Of a DNA stretch of 64,000 nt, positions 22,918 to 35,468 are shown piece after piece. Source of the DNA: Mobula hypostoma. Lineage: Eukaryota. The stretch is taken from the NCBI RefSeq assembly GCF_963921235.1, contig NC_086097.1:61630001-61694000 (forward strand), read 5' to 3'. A model generated the notes under the pieces. The model saw only the letters and a list, made by a program, of their open reading frames with translations, made no database searches and was not told where the DNA came from. The position numbers were made by a program, and so were the translations under genes. Each line of letters opens with the position of its first letter. Within the stretch, counting starts at the first letter, position 1.

Positions 22918-23639
22918 ATGTAGAGTATAAGTGCTACCTGCTGCAAGTTTAATATTTACTAAAACATTGAAATATCTTTAAATAGTTAACAGTACCTTCT
23001 GTTTTATCTGTGTTTTAATTGACAATCTTCTGATTTAGTTCTCTTTTGCCATCCACAAGTTGGAATCTCAGTGGAATAACCCTGCATCTGTCACAATAGC
23101 AACTCCTAACTGTTGGTCTGATCCTTATTATTCTCCCCTGAAGCAATCTGTGAAGGAATGTTGATATTTGGTCTGACAGTTCGGTTCACTAAACCAACAG
23201 CTTTAGAAATATACTCAGCAGTGACTTGTTTCTGGCACACCTCTCTGCCCCACAATTTACAATCCATCTTCTGTATCTGACTCAATGTTCCCAGGTACAT
23301 TTCTAGGTTCATGGTTTCTAGAAGTGTATGTTGAATTGTAATTATAATTTTGTCTTTCAGTTTATCATCTGTGTCTCTTCTCAATTTATATAAACACAGC
23401 ACCTACAAAGTTTGTACATAGATGTAGAAGGAAAATCTATGCACATTTTAAGCAAGGTATTTTAGATGCAATAGACTTACGAAAACGAGTTCGCTAATGA
23501 AAAATTGGATGCAATGTAAATCTCCTGGAAAGTACAAATATATATTTCTTTCACATTGGGGTCACTTGTTGGTCCTTCAGCCAATTTATAGGGAAAATAA
23601 AATTCAGTGAAAATTGAAAAGAAGCTCAGAAAGAACTCA

Positions 23640-24808
23640 AGAAAGAGATTAGTAGAGTCAGGAAGGACGACGAGGGACCATGAAAAGTCGTTGGCAAATG
23701 GGATTTAAAGGAATCCCTGGGCAATACATACATACATCAAGAACAACTGACTTGCCCACAGAAGGCAAAGAGTGGTTGTAGACAGGTCATATTCTGCATG
23801 GAGGCCTGTGACCAGTGGTGTGCCTCAGGGATCTGTTCTGGGACACCTACTCTTTGTGATTTTTGTAAATGACCTGGATGAGGAAGTGGAGGGATGGGTT
23901 AGTAAGTTTGCTGATGACACAAAGCTTGAGGGTGCTGTAGATAGTGTGGATGGCTGTCAGGGGTTACAGCAGGACATTGACAGGATGCAAAACTTGGCTG
24001 AGAAGTGGCAGATGGAGCTCAACCCAGATAAGTGTGAGGTGGTTCATTTTGGTAGGTCATATATGATGGCAGAATATAGCATTAATGATAAGACTCTTGG
24101 CAGTGTGGAGGATCAGAGGGATCTTGGTGTCCGAGTCCATCGGACACTCAAAGCTGCGACGCAGGTTGAGTCTGTGGTTAAGAAGGCATACGGTGTATTG
24201 GCCTTCATCAACCGTGGGATTGAGTTTAAGTGCCGAAAGGTAATGTTGCAGCTATATAGGACCCTGGTCAGATCCCACTTGGAGTACTGTGCTCAATTCT
24301 GGTCACCTCTCTACAGGAAGGACGTGGAAACGATAGAAAGGGTGCAGAGGAGATTTACAAGGATGTTGCCTGGATTGGGGAGCATGCCTTATGAGAATTG
24401 GTTGAGTGAACTCGGCCTTTTCTCCTTGGAGCAACGGAAGATGAGAAGTGACCTGATAGAGGTATAGAAGATAATGAGAGACATTGATCGTGTGGATAGT
24501 CAGAGGCTTTTTCCTGGAGGTGAAATGGCTAGCACAAGAGGGCATATTGTTAAGGTGCTTGGAAGCAGGTACAGAGGAGATGTCAGGGGTAAGTTTTCTA
24601 CGCAGAGAGTGGTGAGTGAATGGGCTGCCGGCAGCGGCGGTTGAGGGGAAAATGATGGGGTCTTTTAAGAGACTCCTGGATGGATACATGGAGCTTAGAA
24701 AAATAGAGAGCTTTGGGTAAGCCCAGGTAGTTCTAAAGTAAGGAAATATTCGGCACCGCTTTGTGGGTTGAAGGGCCTGTACTGTGCTGAAGGTTTCCTA
24801 TGTTTCTA
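23640..24808 (+). mobile_element. 5'-truncated CR1 LINE (RT C-terminal half to tail)
   Basis: ORF 23772-24467 with SGVPQGSVLG, KFADDTK and LVRSHLEYC; tail TTTCCTATGTTTCTA. Confidence 0.95.
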
Positions 24809-25612
24809 TTACAGAACTGACAAATTGTAGACAATTTTTTCAATTCAGCCATATATGGTGAAATGGATTCCCCTTCCTTTTGATTCAGTTTATGAAAACT
24901 AAAGCGCTCTGAAATCAAAAAATGTTTTGCTTCTAAATGTTCCTGCATTACTTTCATGATATCAGCAAAGTTCAATTCAGCTGGTTTGGGTTGGAGCAGT
25001 CAAACCTCTGAGCAAATTGCATGCTTTTCCACCTACCGTACGTAGCAAAACTGGCAATCATTTTTCATTGGCTATTTCACTTGCTTCAAAATAGAGTTCA
25101 ATTTTCTCAGCATACATCAGCAGTTGTCTTTTGTGCAATAGAATATATCTTTGCTTCCGATGCAGCCAGCAATTTCTATTTTTTTTTTAATTTATGATTA
25201 TTATCACCTCATACTTATTGTTTTTGAAAGCATGAATTTCATCTATTTTCTGCCTTTTATGTTAACTTAATGACCACTGTCTCTTCCTGAAGAAACACAC
25301 TGTGCTATTTCAGAACTCAAACGATTTGCTGCACTTGAACAGGTAGCTAGGTAGGGTTTTTTTAAAACTTCATCATCGCCACTGCTATGTTTTGTAACTT
25401 GAAAACATAAAACTAATTGAAGGAAAAACCATGGAGCCAGGAATAATGTGTGTACTTTAGTTTCCTCTTTACTTTTGCAAGGCGTGAACATATGATATAG
25501 ATACATAATGATGTATTCCACTTGTGTATTATTATAGCCTGAAATGAGATACTTAAACAGCATAGAATGCTTAATCAAACTCTATTTACAATATTACTCA
25601 TACGTTACTGAA
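24809..25612 (-). mobile_element. Mag-like Gypsy 5' fragment (LTR, PBS, gag)
   Basis: Gag FADIMKVMQEHLEAK..ISERFSFHKLNQKEGESI; PBS reverse complement TGGCGATGATG at ~25371-25381; LTR homologous to 3290-3518. Confidence 0.85.
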
Positions 25613-25624
25613 GGATATACCCCA

Positions 25625-25990
25625 GAGTATTGAGAAAGGGAACAGATGACATTGATGGCCTTGATCAAGATATTAAAAGTGAACACAGGAGTTACTAGAA
25701 TGGTAAAGAAAACATTTGGCATGCTTACCTTTATTAGATGAGACACAGCATTCACGATTCTGGAAGTTATGTTGCAACTTTATGAAACTCTAGTTAAACT
25801 GCTAAACTCTAGTTAAACACTAACTTTTAATTGCCCTTTTATAGGAAAGATTTGGAGGCTTTACACAATGCTGCCAGGAATAGTAGAGGAGGCAGATATG
25901 CTAGAAGCACTTAAGAATCATGCATTGTAAGTATGTAGAGAATAGAGTGATATGGTTCATGTGCAGGCAGATGGGATTGCTTAATTGGAA
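25625..25990 (+). mobile_element. Heavily degraded CR1 pieces
   Basis: VKKTFGMLTFI and VMLQLYETLV-like coding remnants. Confidence 0.55.
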
Positions 25991-26188
25991 CCTCGTGTTC
26001 AGGAAAGTTTACTTTTGTCTTTTATCACACAGTTTCATTCCTTATGTGGGAGGCACATTCAGATTAAAATTGGATTCATGTGAATCCACCAATATTTACT
26101 TAAAGATCAATATTACAGGTGAATTTATATTGCATTTCTTTCAAAATCTCTCTCCTTTCCTGCTGAATGCATTAATGCCTGTTGATAG

Positions 26189-27135
26189 TGTCACGTACCC
26201 CGTGATGGGAACAAAAGAACCAGCAGAAACAGAAAATACTTTGGAGTCCAGTATTGCTATTAACTAATAATATTTATTAGTAACTACGCAATACAGTAAT
26301 ATAAATGTAGTTAAAGCAAACAGGTTAGCAATGATTATATATATGAGTAAGTAAATCAGTAAGTGTGGAAATATATGAAAGTCAAGCTCCTTTAAGTCTA
26401 GGGGTAAAAAGATACAGTCTTACGATGATGAGTAAGGCTCACTTCATTTTGTGGTATTGAGTTGAGTAGTGATGGAGAGAGAAAGAAGGAGAGATTTGAG
26501 TCTTCATGTGAACTGACGCCGTCGATCTTCTCATTGTCCTCCGAAATCTTTTAAAAGTCACCGTCTGTGACCACAACAAAGGGGACTGGTTTTCTGTGGT
26601 GGAGCTATCACGCAGGCAAGGGTGGACACATGGACAACTCCCCACCAGTCAACTCCTTTCCTTTTCACTGCAAGAGCCACTGATCGATCCTCCAAAAACC
26701 TACTTTTTCTGCGGGCACAACAAAGCTCATTCAGTGTCCAGAACATGTGTCTGAGGTCTATATCATCTGACCTCCTATTTATCTCACTGTACTGAATACC
26801 AGCTGTCGTTCAAATAACTCCTCCTTCTTCTCTCTGTGTAAGAAATGCAAGCAGGCAAATGTCCTTGAGAAGTATCAACACGCTGCCGAAAAATCATAAC
26901 ATTGATTGTCCATCAAATAATGCCCTCAGTCACCATAGCAACTTACGAGCTGCTTGGTGTTGTCTCCAACTCAGCAGAAATCCAAAAGTTAGTCAGTTCT
27001 TTCTCGTGCCTTAAAGTGACAGTCCAACAGTTAGTCTTCGTCTCTCTCTTCCAAAACAACATGTCGTTGTTCAATAACTCTCTCTCTGTCTTTTCAAAAG
27101 CACAGTTCATAGGGGTAATTCAGAACCCCGTCACA
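26189..27135 (-). mobile_element. Solo LTR (947 bp), probably Gypsy
   Basis: TGTCACG...CGTCACA termini, a perfect 4-bp TSD ATAG (26185-26188 and 27136-27139), and AATAAA on the minus strand near 26272-26277. Confidence 0.9.
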
Positions 27136-27157
27136 ATAGCAACCACATACCAAAGGT

Positions 27158-27322
27158 TAACGCACACAAGATGCTGAAGGAACTCAGCAGGACAGGGGGC
27201 ATCTATGGAGTGCAATAAACAGCCGAAGTTCATTTCCCTGCACAGATGTTCCCTGACTTTCTGAGTTCCTGCAGTATTTTGTGTCTGTTGCTTATGATTT
27301 CCAGCAGCTGCAGAATCTCAGG
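27158..27322. mobile_element. Older fold-back PLE-terminus insertion
   Basis: AACGCACACAAGATGCTGAAGGAACTCAGCAG...CTGAGTTCCTGCAGTATTTTGTGTCTGTT inverted arms. Confidence 0.7.
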
Positions 27323-27472
27323 TACCTACAATTGTCTATCCCTACCTGGTAAACCATAGGTTAAGCACTGGTTTCTGGGTAGACGGTCGTTAAATGTAAC
27401 TTGCAGCCAAAGCAAGATGCAGTTGCAATGTGATTAACCACTGTATGTGATTAACCACTACCACTAACCACT

Positions 27473-27622
27473 AGGTTCTTTATTAGCCAGGGCATCAAAG
27501 GGCATGGGGAGAAGGCAGGGAAGTGGGGATGACTGGAAGAATTGAATCAGCCCATGATTGAATGGCGAAGCAGACTTGAGGGCTGAATGGCCTATTTCTG
27601 CTCATGTATCTTATGGTCTTAT
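27473..27622 (+). mobile_element. CR1 3' UTR fragment
   Basis: GGCATCAAAGGGCATGGGGAGAAGGCAGG...TCTTATGGTCTTA tail. Confidence 0.8.
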
Positions 27623-27779
27623 ATTTAGAATTGTTCAGAATATTATTTTTGCTGTACAGTATATAATTCCTGACTCTACTACTTCTTAGGCAGTCCCACA
27701 GAAAGAAGGCTATCTGGTTCTGAGGTAGTGAGATGGCTGCTCAGAGCAACTTGAACTTACACAGATATCCAGTGAAGTG

Positions 27780-28620
27780 CTTGTCTGTCTGCCTGCACAG
27801 TCTCCTCCCTTTATATCAGGCTTCAGTTGTGGCTGCTCAATAGATTCAAACTCCTCAATGTTTCCCTGAATACACTTTCTGCTTGACAGTAGATATCCTA
27901 TCTTCTTACGGAGGGTTTAGAAACAACCTGGAACTATTTCCTGTTAATCTCTGTCCAGGATGAAGCTAAGAACAGTGTATCTATTTCAAGGCATTGATGC
28001 CAGATTGAAATCCCATCTGTGGGCTGGGAAAGGATTCTGCTGTTGGTTCAACTACTGTATCCTGCCTCTGGAGTCAGAGGATATTTTTAGGGGCAACATT
28101 GGTGGCATCTCTGCAGTCTACAATTCAAAAGCATATATGATTGCACTGTTGGTCAGGAGATCACATAGTGGTTTTGAAATCTTTCAACAATCTTTTCCTC
28201 AGAGGACCAATGGCTGAATGTTGTCAATGTCCACCTTTGCTGAGAGTTGCCTCCTTAGATATGGGAAGTGGCGTGTATTTGCCAGTCTCAGTATGCATCT
28301 TTATTGTTGGACGGTCGTGCTGTACAATGGCGAGGAGATTGATTGTGGTTAATTAGCTCCTGGGTCTCCTGTTCATTCTCATAAACTAACCTTGGTGTTT
28401 ACTAATGGACAAGCCAAGGGTCCCTTCACAACCTCTACATTCCTTTAGGGTAGTGTGGACACCATACACATTCTGTACATGATGTTTCTGGAGGTCAGTG
28501 GGTTGTTTGGGAGGCACTGTCTCAGAAGAGCTCAGACAATCGTTAGCACTTAGCATTGATCTTCTTGAGACAGTTTTTCTCTGTTGTTTTGGAGTGAGGT
28601 TGATGATGATAACTGAACAG
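27780..28620 (-). mobile_element. Ancient RTE-clade LINE fragments
   Basis: The minus strand has FPYLRRQLSAKVD (RTE-like FPYLGS.LS...D) and TNSRILSQ-like remnants. Confidence 0.45.
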
Positions 28621-30129
28621 ATTAGGCCATGATCAATCTAACACTTGGCAATATTTGGATTGCTCGTTCATATTCATATTCAGATTAGTTTATTGTCATA
28701 TACACCGGGCTACAATGAACACCCTCCTTTTGTGAAGATCACCAAGTAAAAAGTCAACACAGTAATAATAATTTCTTTGTACTTCTAGTGCAATGAGCAA
28801 CAGAACAACAGAAAGATGCCAGTGGCCGTCATGGAGACTGAGGTAATGCAAAGTGAAATTTTAAAGTGACAATAATGGAAGAGGTAGAATTAAGGGTTGG
28901 GAATGTTGTAGTACCACTGAGAAAGAAATGGCAGTAAGATGGCAGTGCATTCAGATGCAGCAGCCTCTCGAGGGCCAATCAAAGGTATTTTTGTCTGTTT
29001 TAAAAGTTTTTCTTACAATCACAAGACAATGCTGAATGTTAAGAGCTTTAAGTACAAGACTCCAAGATGGTCTACCCCATCAACAAGCTGCTCATTGGGG
29101 GAGGAGCTAAAGGAACTGGACTTGGTGCAGGCCATGTTACTACCTGCTACAGCAAGGCACCAAAGGTGATGCGTGAAACTGGTGGACAGTCCAACAGCGA
29201 GGTTTTGTCTTAGACATTGCTCTTGCAATCGCAAGACCCTGTTGGACATTGGTATTGTAAAATGCTGCAAATCCAATTCCTTGTTTATTGGTGAGACAGA
29301 CAGAGGGGCGTGGCCTCATTTGTAATGAGGACTAGGGCTTAAGTTGCAGACTTGCTTGCTGCAGCAGTCTAGAGAGGAGACACCAGAGCTGGTGTAATGC
29401 AGCATCCATGCTGTGTTGGGGACTGGCCTCTCCCAGCAGTGCTGCCATCTAGTGTTTACTTAGTGGAAATCAACCTGGATTGTGTATGTGATACGTTTGT
29501 CAGTCGATGGCTGAGAACTGCTTGTTCTTGCTGATAATATCCATGCACCATTCATTTATAGGGAATGTCACTCAGGAACTTGGATTGTATATATCTTTTT
29601 GTGTTTATTTGCTAGCTTATATGTGCTATTTGTGCTTTGTGCTGCATTAAACATGAACAAAGTTGAATCTAAGAAATGAGAAAGGTGATTAGCTCATAAT
29701 TCTGTTAGCAATATGCCATTGTTCTGCCTTGCTCTGTACCATATCTGTTGCTAGTGGCTAGATCTGGGGCGTTCCTGTGTGTTCTTTTACCACCTGGACT
29801 GGGAAGCACAGAGTGAATCTGAAACTGATTCTCCCCCACAGTGAAGACAAATTCCTACCCATTGACTGGTTAAAAAGAAATGGGATTTGACTGATTGCCT
29901 GTAGTACATTGCAAGTGTGCAAACTGTCAGCCTCAGGCAACATCAATCTGGTGGCCAAACACTCACCAAAGGTCCTGACAGCTGCAAAACATTCTCATGT
30001 TCCTGGGGTTGTCATATTGAAAAGCTTTCAGTTCATTTGATAGTTCTAATCAACTAAGTGTTCCCACATGCCAGAAACACATTAATAAATGTAATACAAT
30101 TAATGGATTCATAGAGAGAAAGAGATTGG

Positions 30130-30430
30130 CCACAGAGTCACATTAACCATCAGCTATCCATTTACAATAATCCTACATTGATACATGTTTCATTCACTCC
30201 ACATTCTCAACAGCTCTCTCTGTATTATACCTCTCACCTACACACTAGAGGCACTTTACAATAGCCAGTAAGCTTACCAACCTCATATCTCTGGGATGCA
30301 GAAGGAAGCCAGTGCATCTGGAGAAACCCATGCAGTTGCAGAACAAATGTGCGAACACCATCCAGATAATACCCATGGTCAAGCATGAATCGAAGTCTCT
30401 GGAAATATGAGCAAATGGCTCTACTAGGTG
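30130..30430 (-). mobile_element. V-SINE (HE1-like)
   Basis: CACCTACACACTAGAGGCACTTTACAATAGCC...GGAGAAACCCATGCAG. Confidence 0.7.
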
Positions 30431-31075
30431 CTCTCTTGTGCAAAAGAATCATTTTCCAATAAACATCCAAAATATGTACAAACGTAGATTACATTTCTTT
30501 AAAAGAAAAAGATATTTTCAAAATTAACCTTTCTCCTTTATTTCTTTTTTTTCTTTTCCCTTAATGTATTCATTCCAATATTTTCCATTTGTGACTCAAA
30601 GAAAATGCGCATGATATTTTTTCTCATGTTTTTGCTAAAAGAATCTAAAGCTCTTAATCCTCTGATTTTCCAAAATTAAGTTATATGGGAACTGTTCAGA
30701 AATTCTTGAAATAAAAAGTCGAGAACAGCCATTTAATAGGCATAATTGATTAAAAGTCTGCAGCTCCAGCTGTAAAGTGATAACATTTTCCCATAATGGC
30801 CAACAAAACTGCAGAAAATGAAGATTTATCTGTGATGCTGTGTTAGTAAAAATACAAAAATCGCATGTCTCAGGAGGAAAAGAGTTGATGTTCATTCAGT
30901 TTAAAGAGTTGCTTCTCATCCAGCAGGAGGGCATGCTCAAATTGTCAATCATAGGAATCTCATTGGACCAACTTATACACACTCTGCAGTAATTTAATGA
31001 TTCTGTAGCATTAATGGCAGTGATTAGAACAGTTAAGACATGGATTATGACACAACCCTTCAAAATATTCCAAAT

Positions 31076-31873
31076 ACAGAAAAATTGGTTAATTGAGCCA
31101 TTGGTTAATCGGAGCAGCCACTTATTTGGGACAACTCTTAAAGAACAAAACAAAATTGAGAAAATAGCCGGGATTCCCTTTGTTTATTTGGGACACTAAC
31201 GCACTTAATTGGGACAGGAGATTGTTGCTGAGCAGTTTCTAGTTAGTGTCAGTCGCGTACACGCCGTTAGACACTACACTGTGCTTGGAGTGAATAGCTT
31301 TGAAATAATATCACTTGAGTGTGTTTGTGTTCACAAAGCAGTGATTTTTGTCACTGATAGTTGGTGAGTAATAAGCTGAAAAGACAATTCAGAACAGTTT
31401 TGCCTACTGTGGTTTCAAGCACTCAGGCTTGGAGATGCCAGGAATGGCCGGGAGTGAAAATGAAACAATTTCACTATTTCAACAAGTTAGGAATTGTGAA
31501 GATTTTGAAGATATCAACTATCATTAGGAATGTTACGATGAAAATGAAGATTTGGAGATGAAATCGTCTAAAGCTTTGTTTGAAGGCAGTCCATCATCTG
31601 CACTAGGCATCTGAGCCGATTTTGTTCATTTACAAGAACACATCAGCATACACTGAATGAATTTCTCAATCAATAACTATTAGGACAGTTTTATAGTACT
31701 ATAACTCGTTCTGTCTTTCACTTAAATATATAATTCTTTACTCAGTTAAATGGTAGTTTGACCTTTCTAATACTCTTTTAACTATTTCCATGAAACTTCG
31801 ACTAATTGGGACAGCCGCTTAGTTGAGCCAAAATGTACTAGTCCCAGTGTGTCCTATGAATTGACATCCACTG
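31076..31873 (+). mobile_element. Tc1/mariner Tigger-like non-autonomous element
   Basis: Bounded by TA-CAG...CACTG-TA with repeated TAATTGGGACA subterminal motifs; internal TIQNSFAYCGFK resembles the Tigger transposase TI.NCF..AGF motif. Confidence 0.7.
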
Positions 31874-31919
31874 TATTTTTTTAATTGTGGATTGAATCTG
31901 ATTACCTCATATCCTCAAC

Positions 31920-32230
31920 ATAGTGCTTCAGCCAATGTGCTTGTTGCCTCACAGTGCTGGACATTCAGAATTAAACCTTATTTCTGGCATTGTCTGTAAG
32001 GAGACTTCATGCTTGCCCTGTTCTTACTGGTGCTCTGTTTTCTTCCTACATCCCAAAGACATACAAGTTGGTAGGTTAATTGGTCACAGTAAATTGCCTC
32101 TGGTGCATAAATGGATCGAAGAAGCTGATGGGAATATGGAGAATGAGTTAAAAAATAAAAATAAGGAATAAGATTGTTGTTTGATGTAGTATAGGCATTA
32201 TGAACCAAATGGATGCCCCTCTGTGCTAAG
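31920..32230 (+). mobile_element. V-SINE (HE1-like)
   Basis: CTTGTTGCCTCACAGTGC...CCTACATCCCAAAGAC...GGTAGGTTAATTGGTCACAGTAAATTGCC. Confidence 0.7.
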
Positions 32231-32783
32231 AAAATATGGAAATATGATTTGTAAACTCAAACTTCACAAATGTCTTTCTTTGGACTGAGTGGAAGAATTA
32301 ACTTCATTCAATGGCTTAGAACTTGGAGTTTGAAATAAATATCACTCCTTTGTCTAAACTGGTAAATGCCAGAGGGGCACCATGCCTGGCATGGAAAGGG
32401 GAAGAAATCTCACCAGAGGAGGAAGTAGTCGCCAGAGATACCTAGGTTACAAGTCAATTGTTGAGGTGAGTTCCCAGATAGACAAAAGAAGAAGAAAAAT
32501 GTCCTGGTGCCTTGTAGTTTCTGTAGAATATACTCTTGGTGTGAGGTAAAGAAATGAAGAAACGTTCTCCCAGTGCAAACCTTAACCCATGGGAGATATT
32601 CCAAAGTTTGTGGAAACAGCTTATGACCCATGGACTGAGGCCACATCAATTTCAGCTCCATTTGATGCCACCAGACCTTGTAATGGAGAGGCAGATAGTC
32701 TCACCTAAGGGAATCCTCTCATGGAGTCCCAAAAACTCAAGGCACAGATAGTAGCAATGGCAGGTCAGAGGATGCTACTATTA

Positions 32784-34216
32784 ATAATCCCAGTGCCGAA
32801 GAAGAGCAAGGTGGCATGCCTGAATGACTATCGACCTGTGGCTCTGACATCAATTGCTATGAAGCGCTTCGAGAGATTGGTTATGGCACACATCAACCAC
32901 AGCCTACCGGTCAACCTCAACACTTTGCAATTCGCCTACCGGAGCAACAGGTCAACGGCAGATGCCATCTCTCTGGCCCTACATTCCTCCTTAGAACACC
33001 TGGAGAATAAAGACACATATGTAAGGCTCCTTTTCATTGACTACAGCTCTGCCTTTAATACTATTATTCCAAATAAACTGATTCCTAAGCTCAGGAACCT
33101 GGGCCTTAGCACTCAGATCTGCAGCTGGATTTTCAACTTCCTCACAGACGGGACCCAGGCTGTAAAAATAGGGGACAAGCTCTCCTCTACAATCACTCTG
33201 AGCACCGGTGCCCCACAAGGCTGTGTACTCAACCCCCTGCTGTACTCACTGTAAACCCATGATTGTGTAGCCAAGTTTCCATCAAGCTCAATATATAAGT
33301 TGGCTGATGACACAACAATTGTAGGACGTATCTCGGGTAATGATAAGTTTGAGTACAGAGAGGAAATTAAGAACCTGGTGGCATGGAGCGAAGACAATAA
33401 CTATCCGTCAATGTCAGCAAGACGAAGGAATTGGTTGTTGACTTCAGAAGGAGTAGCGGACCGCACGACCCAATTTACATCGGTGGTGCGCAAGTGGAAC
33501 AGGTCAAAAGCTTTAAGTTCCTCGGGGTCAATATCACAAATGACCTGACTTGGTCCAACCAAGCAGAGTTCACTGCCAAGAAGGCCCACCAGTGCCTTTA
33601 CTTCCCGAGAAAACTAAAGAAATTTGGCCTGTCCCCTAAAACGCTCATTAATTTTTATAGATGCACCGTAGAAAGCATTCTTCTAGGGTGTATCACAACC
33701 TGCTATGGAATTTGTCCTGTTCAAGACCGAAAGAAGCTGTGGAAGATCACGAACACGGTACAGCACATCACAGAAACCAATCTTCCATCTTTGGACTCAC
33801 TTTACACCGCATGCTGTCGGAGCAGTGCTGCCAGGATAATCAAGGACACGACGCACCCAGCCAACACACTTTTTGTCCCTCTTCCCTCCAGGAGAAGGCT
33901 CAGGAGCTTGAAGACTCGTATGGCCAGGTTTGAGAACAGCTTCTTTCCAACTGTGATAAGACTGCTGAACGGATCCTGACCCGGATCTGGGCCGTACCCT
34001 CCAAATATCCGGACCTGCCTCTCGGTTTTTTTGCACTACCTTACTTTCCATTTTTCTATTTTCTATTTATGATTTATAATTTAAGTTTTTAATATTTACT
34101 AATTTTAACTATTTTTAATATTTGTAATGCAGGCAGTGGGAAGCACAGAATCAAATATCGCTGTGATGATTGTACGTTCTAGTATCAATTGTTTGGCGAG
34201 AATAAAGTATAAAGTA
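32784..34216 (+). mobile_element. Rex1/Babar non-LTR retrotransposon, 5'-truncated, relatively young
   Basis: [48 protein letters not shown] and FKFLGVNI motifs; few disruptions; tail AATAAAGTATAAAGTA. Confidence 0.95.
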
Positions 34217-35160
34217 TTACAAACATCCCCTGCAACCAGTTTCATTTGAAATTGTCACTCTGAAAAAGGTTTGGTAGGAATAGGGATAAACACAGACAAC
34301 CCTCTAAATCAGTTGAGGATAGGCATCAGAAGAGCGTGATGTGGTTTATCATGGCAAGAGCTGCAGAGAGGGTGAAAACGATGGTGCACCAGAGGGACAA
34401 TTTGTGGTGAGGACTTCCACAGGGTCCAGAATCTGACTGGAGGCAGTCAAATATAGAGTTCCAGAAAAAAAGCACAGTTTTGAGAACATATTTAAAATCT
34501 TTAGAAAAGGAAGAAAATGTGATGCAGCAGTCATTTTCAAACAGAGAGCTAAAAACATAGTATTTTTTTGTGAGAAGGAGGTTTACCTTAATATTTTCCA
34601 AAGGGTATTTTGGAGGGAGGGAAAATTTACAAAGTTGGAACAATGAAAGAGATAAACAAGCACCATGTGGATCCATGGAGGGGATGACCTCAGTGATGGT
34701 AGGAGGCAATTTCAATGTGAGATCTAGATGGAATAGGACAGGCCTTGACTGGCGTGAGTACTCTAAAGCAGAAGTTCAGCTTGTTTGAAAAGATATGTCA
34801 GTGGTAGTTAAATAGTTGCTCTTAATCTCAGTGGTCAAGATTAAGCCGATCCTGGGTCACACCTTTCAGTTTGTCTGTGGCCAAGCAAATGTTTGTCACT
34901 GTGCAAATCTAAGGTTCTGCTGGCGTCTTTGCCACTCCTATTTCATGAAGTTCATCAAAGCCTGAGAAGCAGTGACATCACAGGTAGCAAGAGCAGAGAC
35001 CTTGCCACTGACCACTGGCACACATTCAATGATCTTCTGACAGCTCATGCTATCAAGGGATTTCTCATCGCTTCCAAATGTTTTTGCTGATTAGTGACCT
35101 TCAGAAATGGTTGGAGAAAAGTGAAAAAATATATATATTTACTTAAAACTACTATTAACT

Positions 35161-35468
35161 ATGCATGGCCAAGTGGTTAAGGCATTTGTCTAGTGATCTG
35201 ATGGTCGCTAGCTCAAGCCTTGGCTGAGGCAGCATGTTGTGTCCTTGAGCAAGGCACTTAACCACACATTGCTCTGCAACAACACTGGTGCCAAGCTGTA
35301 TGGGTCCTAATGCCCTTCCCTTGGACAACATCGGTGGCGTGGAGAGGGGAGACTTGCAGCATGGGCAACTGCCAGTCTTCCATACAACCTTGCCCAGGCC
35401 TGCGCCCTGGAAACCTTCCAAGGCGCAAGTCCATGGTCTCATGAGACTAACAGATGCCTATACTATTC
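35161..35468 (+). mobile_element. tRNA-derived SINE with TSD
   Basis: A-box TGGCCAAGTGG, B-box-like GCTCAAGCC and central GTGTCCTTGAGCAAGGCACTTAACC; ATTAACT duplicated at 35154-35160 and 35469-35475. Confidence 0.8.

Noticed and set aside
22597..22946. ER-rich and LS-rich ORFs
   Set aside because: Translations of the (CT)n/(AG)n microsatellite.
23106..23402. 98-aa ORF in unique sequence
   Set aside because: Non-ATG start, no recognisable domain and no supporting splice context; length compatible with chance.
28935..29680. Possible LINE 5' UTR starting AAGATGGC
   Set aside because: Looks repeat-like, but there is no second copy or coding motif in the window to support a call.
11912..34216. 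Near-identical inverted Rex1 3' ends about 22 kb apart as TIRs of a giant transposon
   Set aside because: Each is a 5'-truncated LINE with its own tail, and there is no shared TSD or transposase; independent insertions explain it.
34570..34788. MVGGNFNV motif resembling APE endonuclease GGDFN
   Set aside because: Single short motif; possibly an ancient L1/Tx1 remnant but too weak to call.
35161..35240. tRNA gene
   Set aside because: No complete cloverleaf; continues into a SINE body with a TSD.
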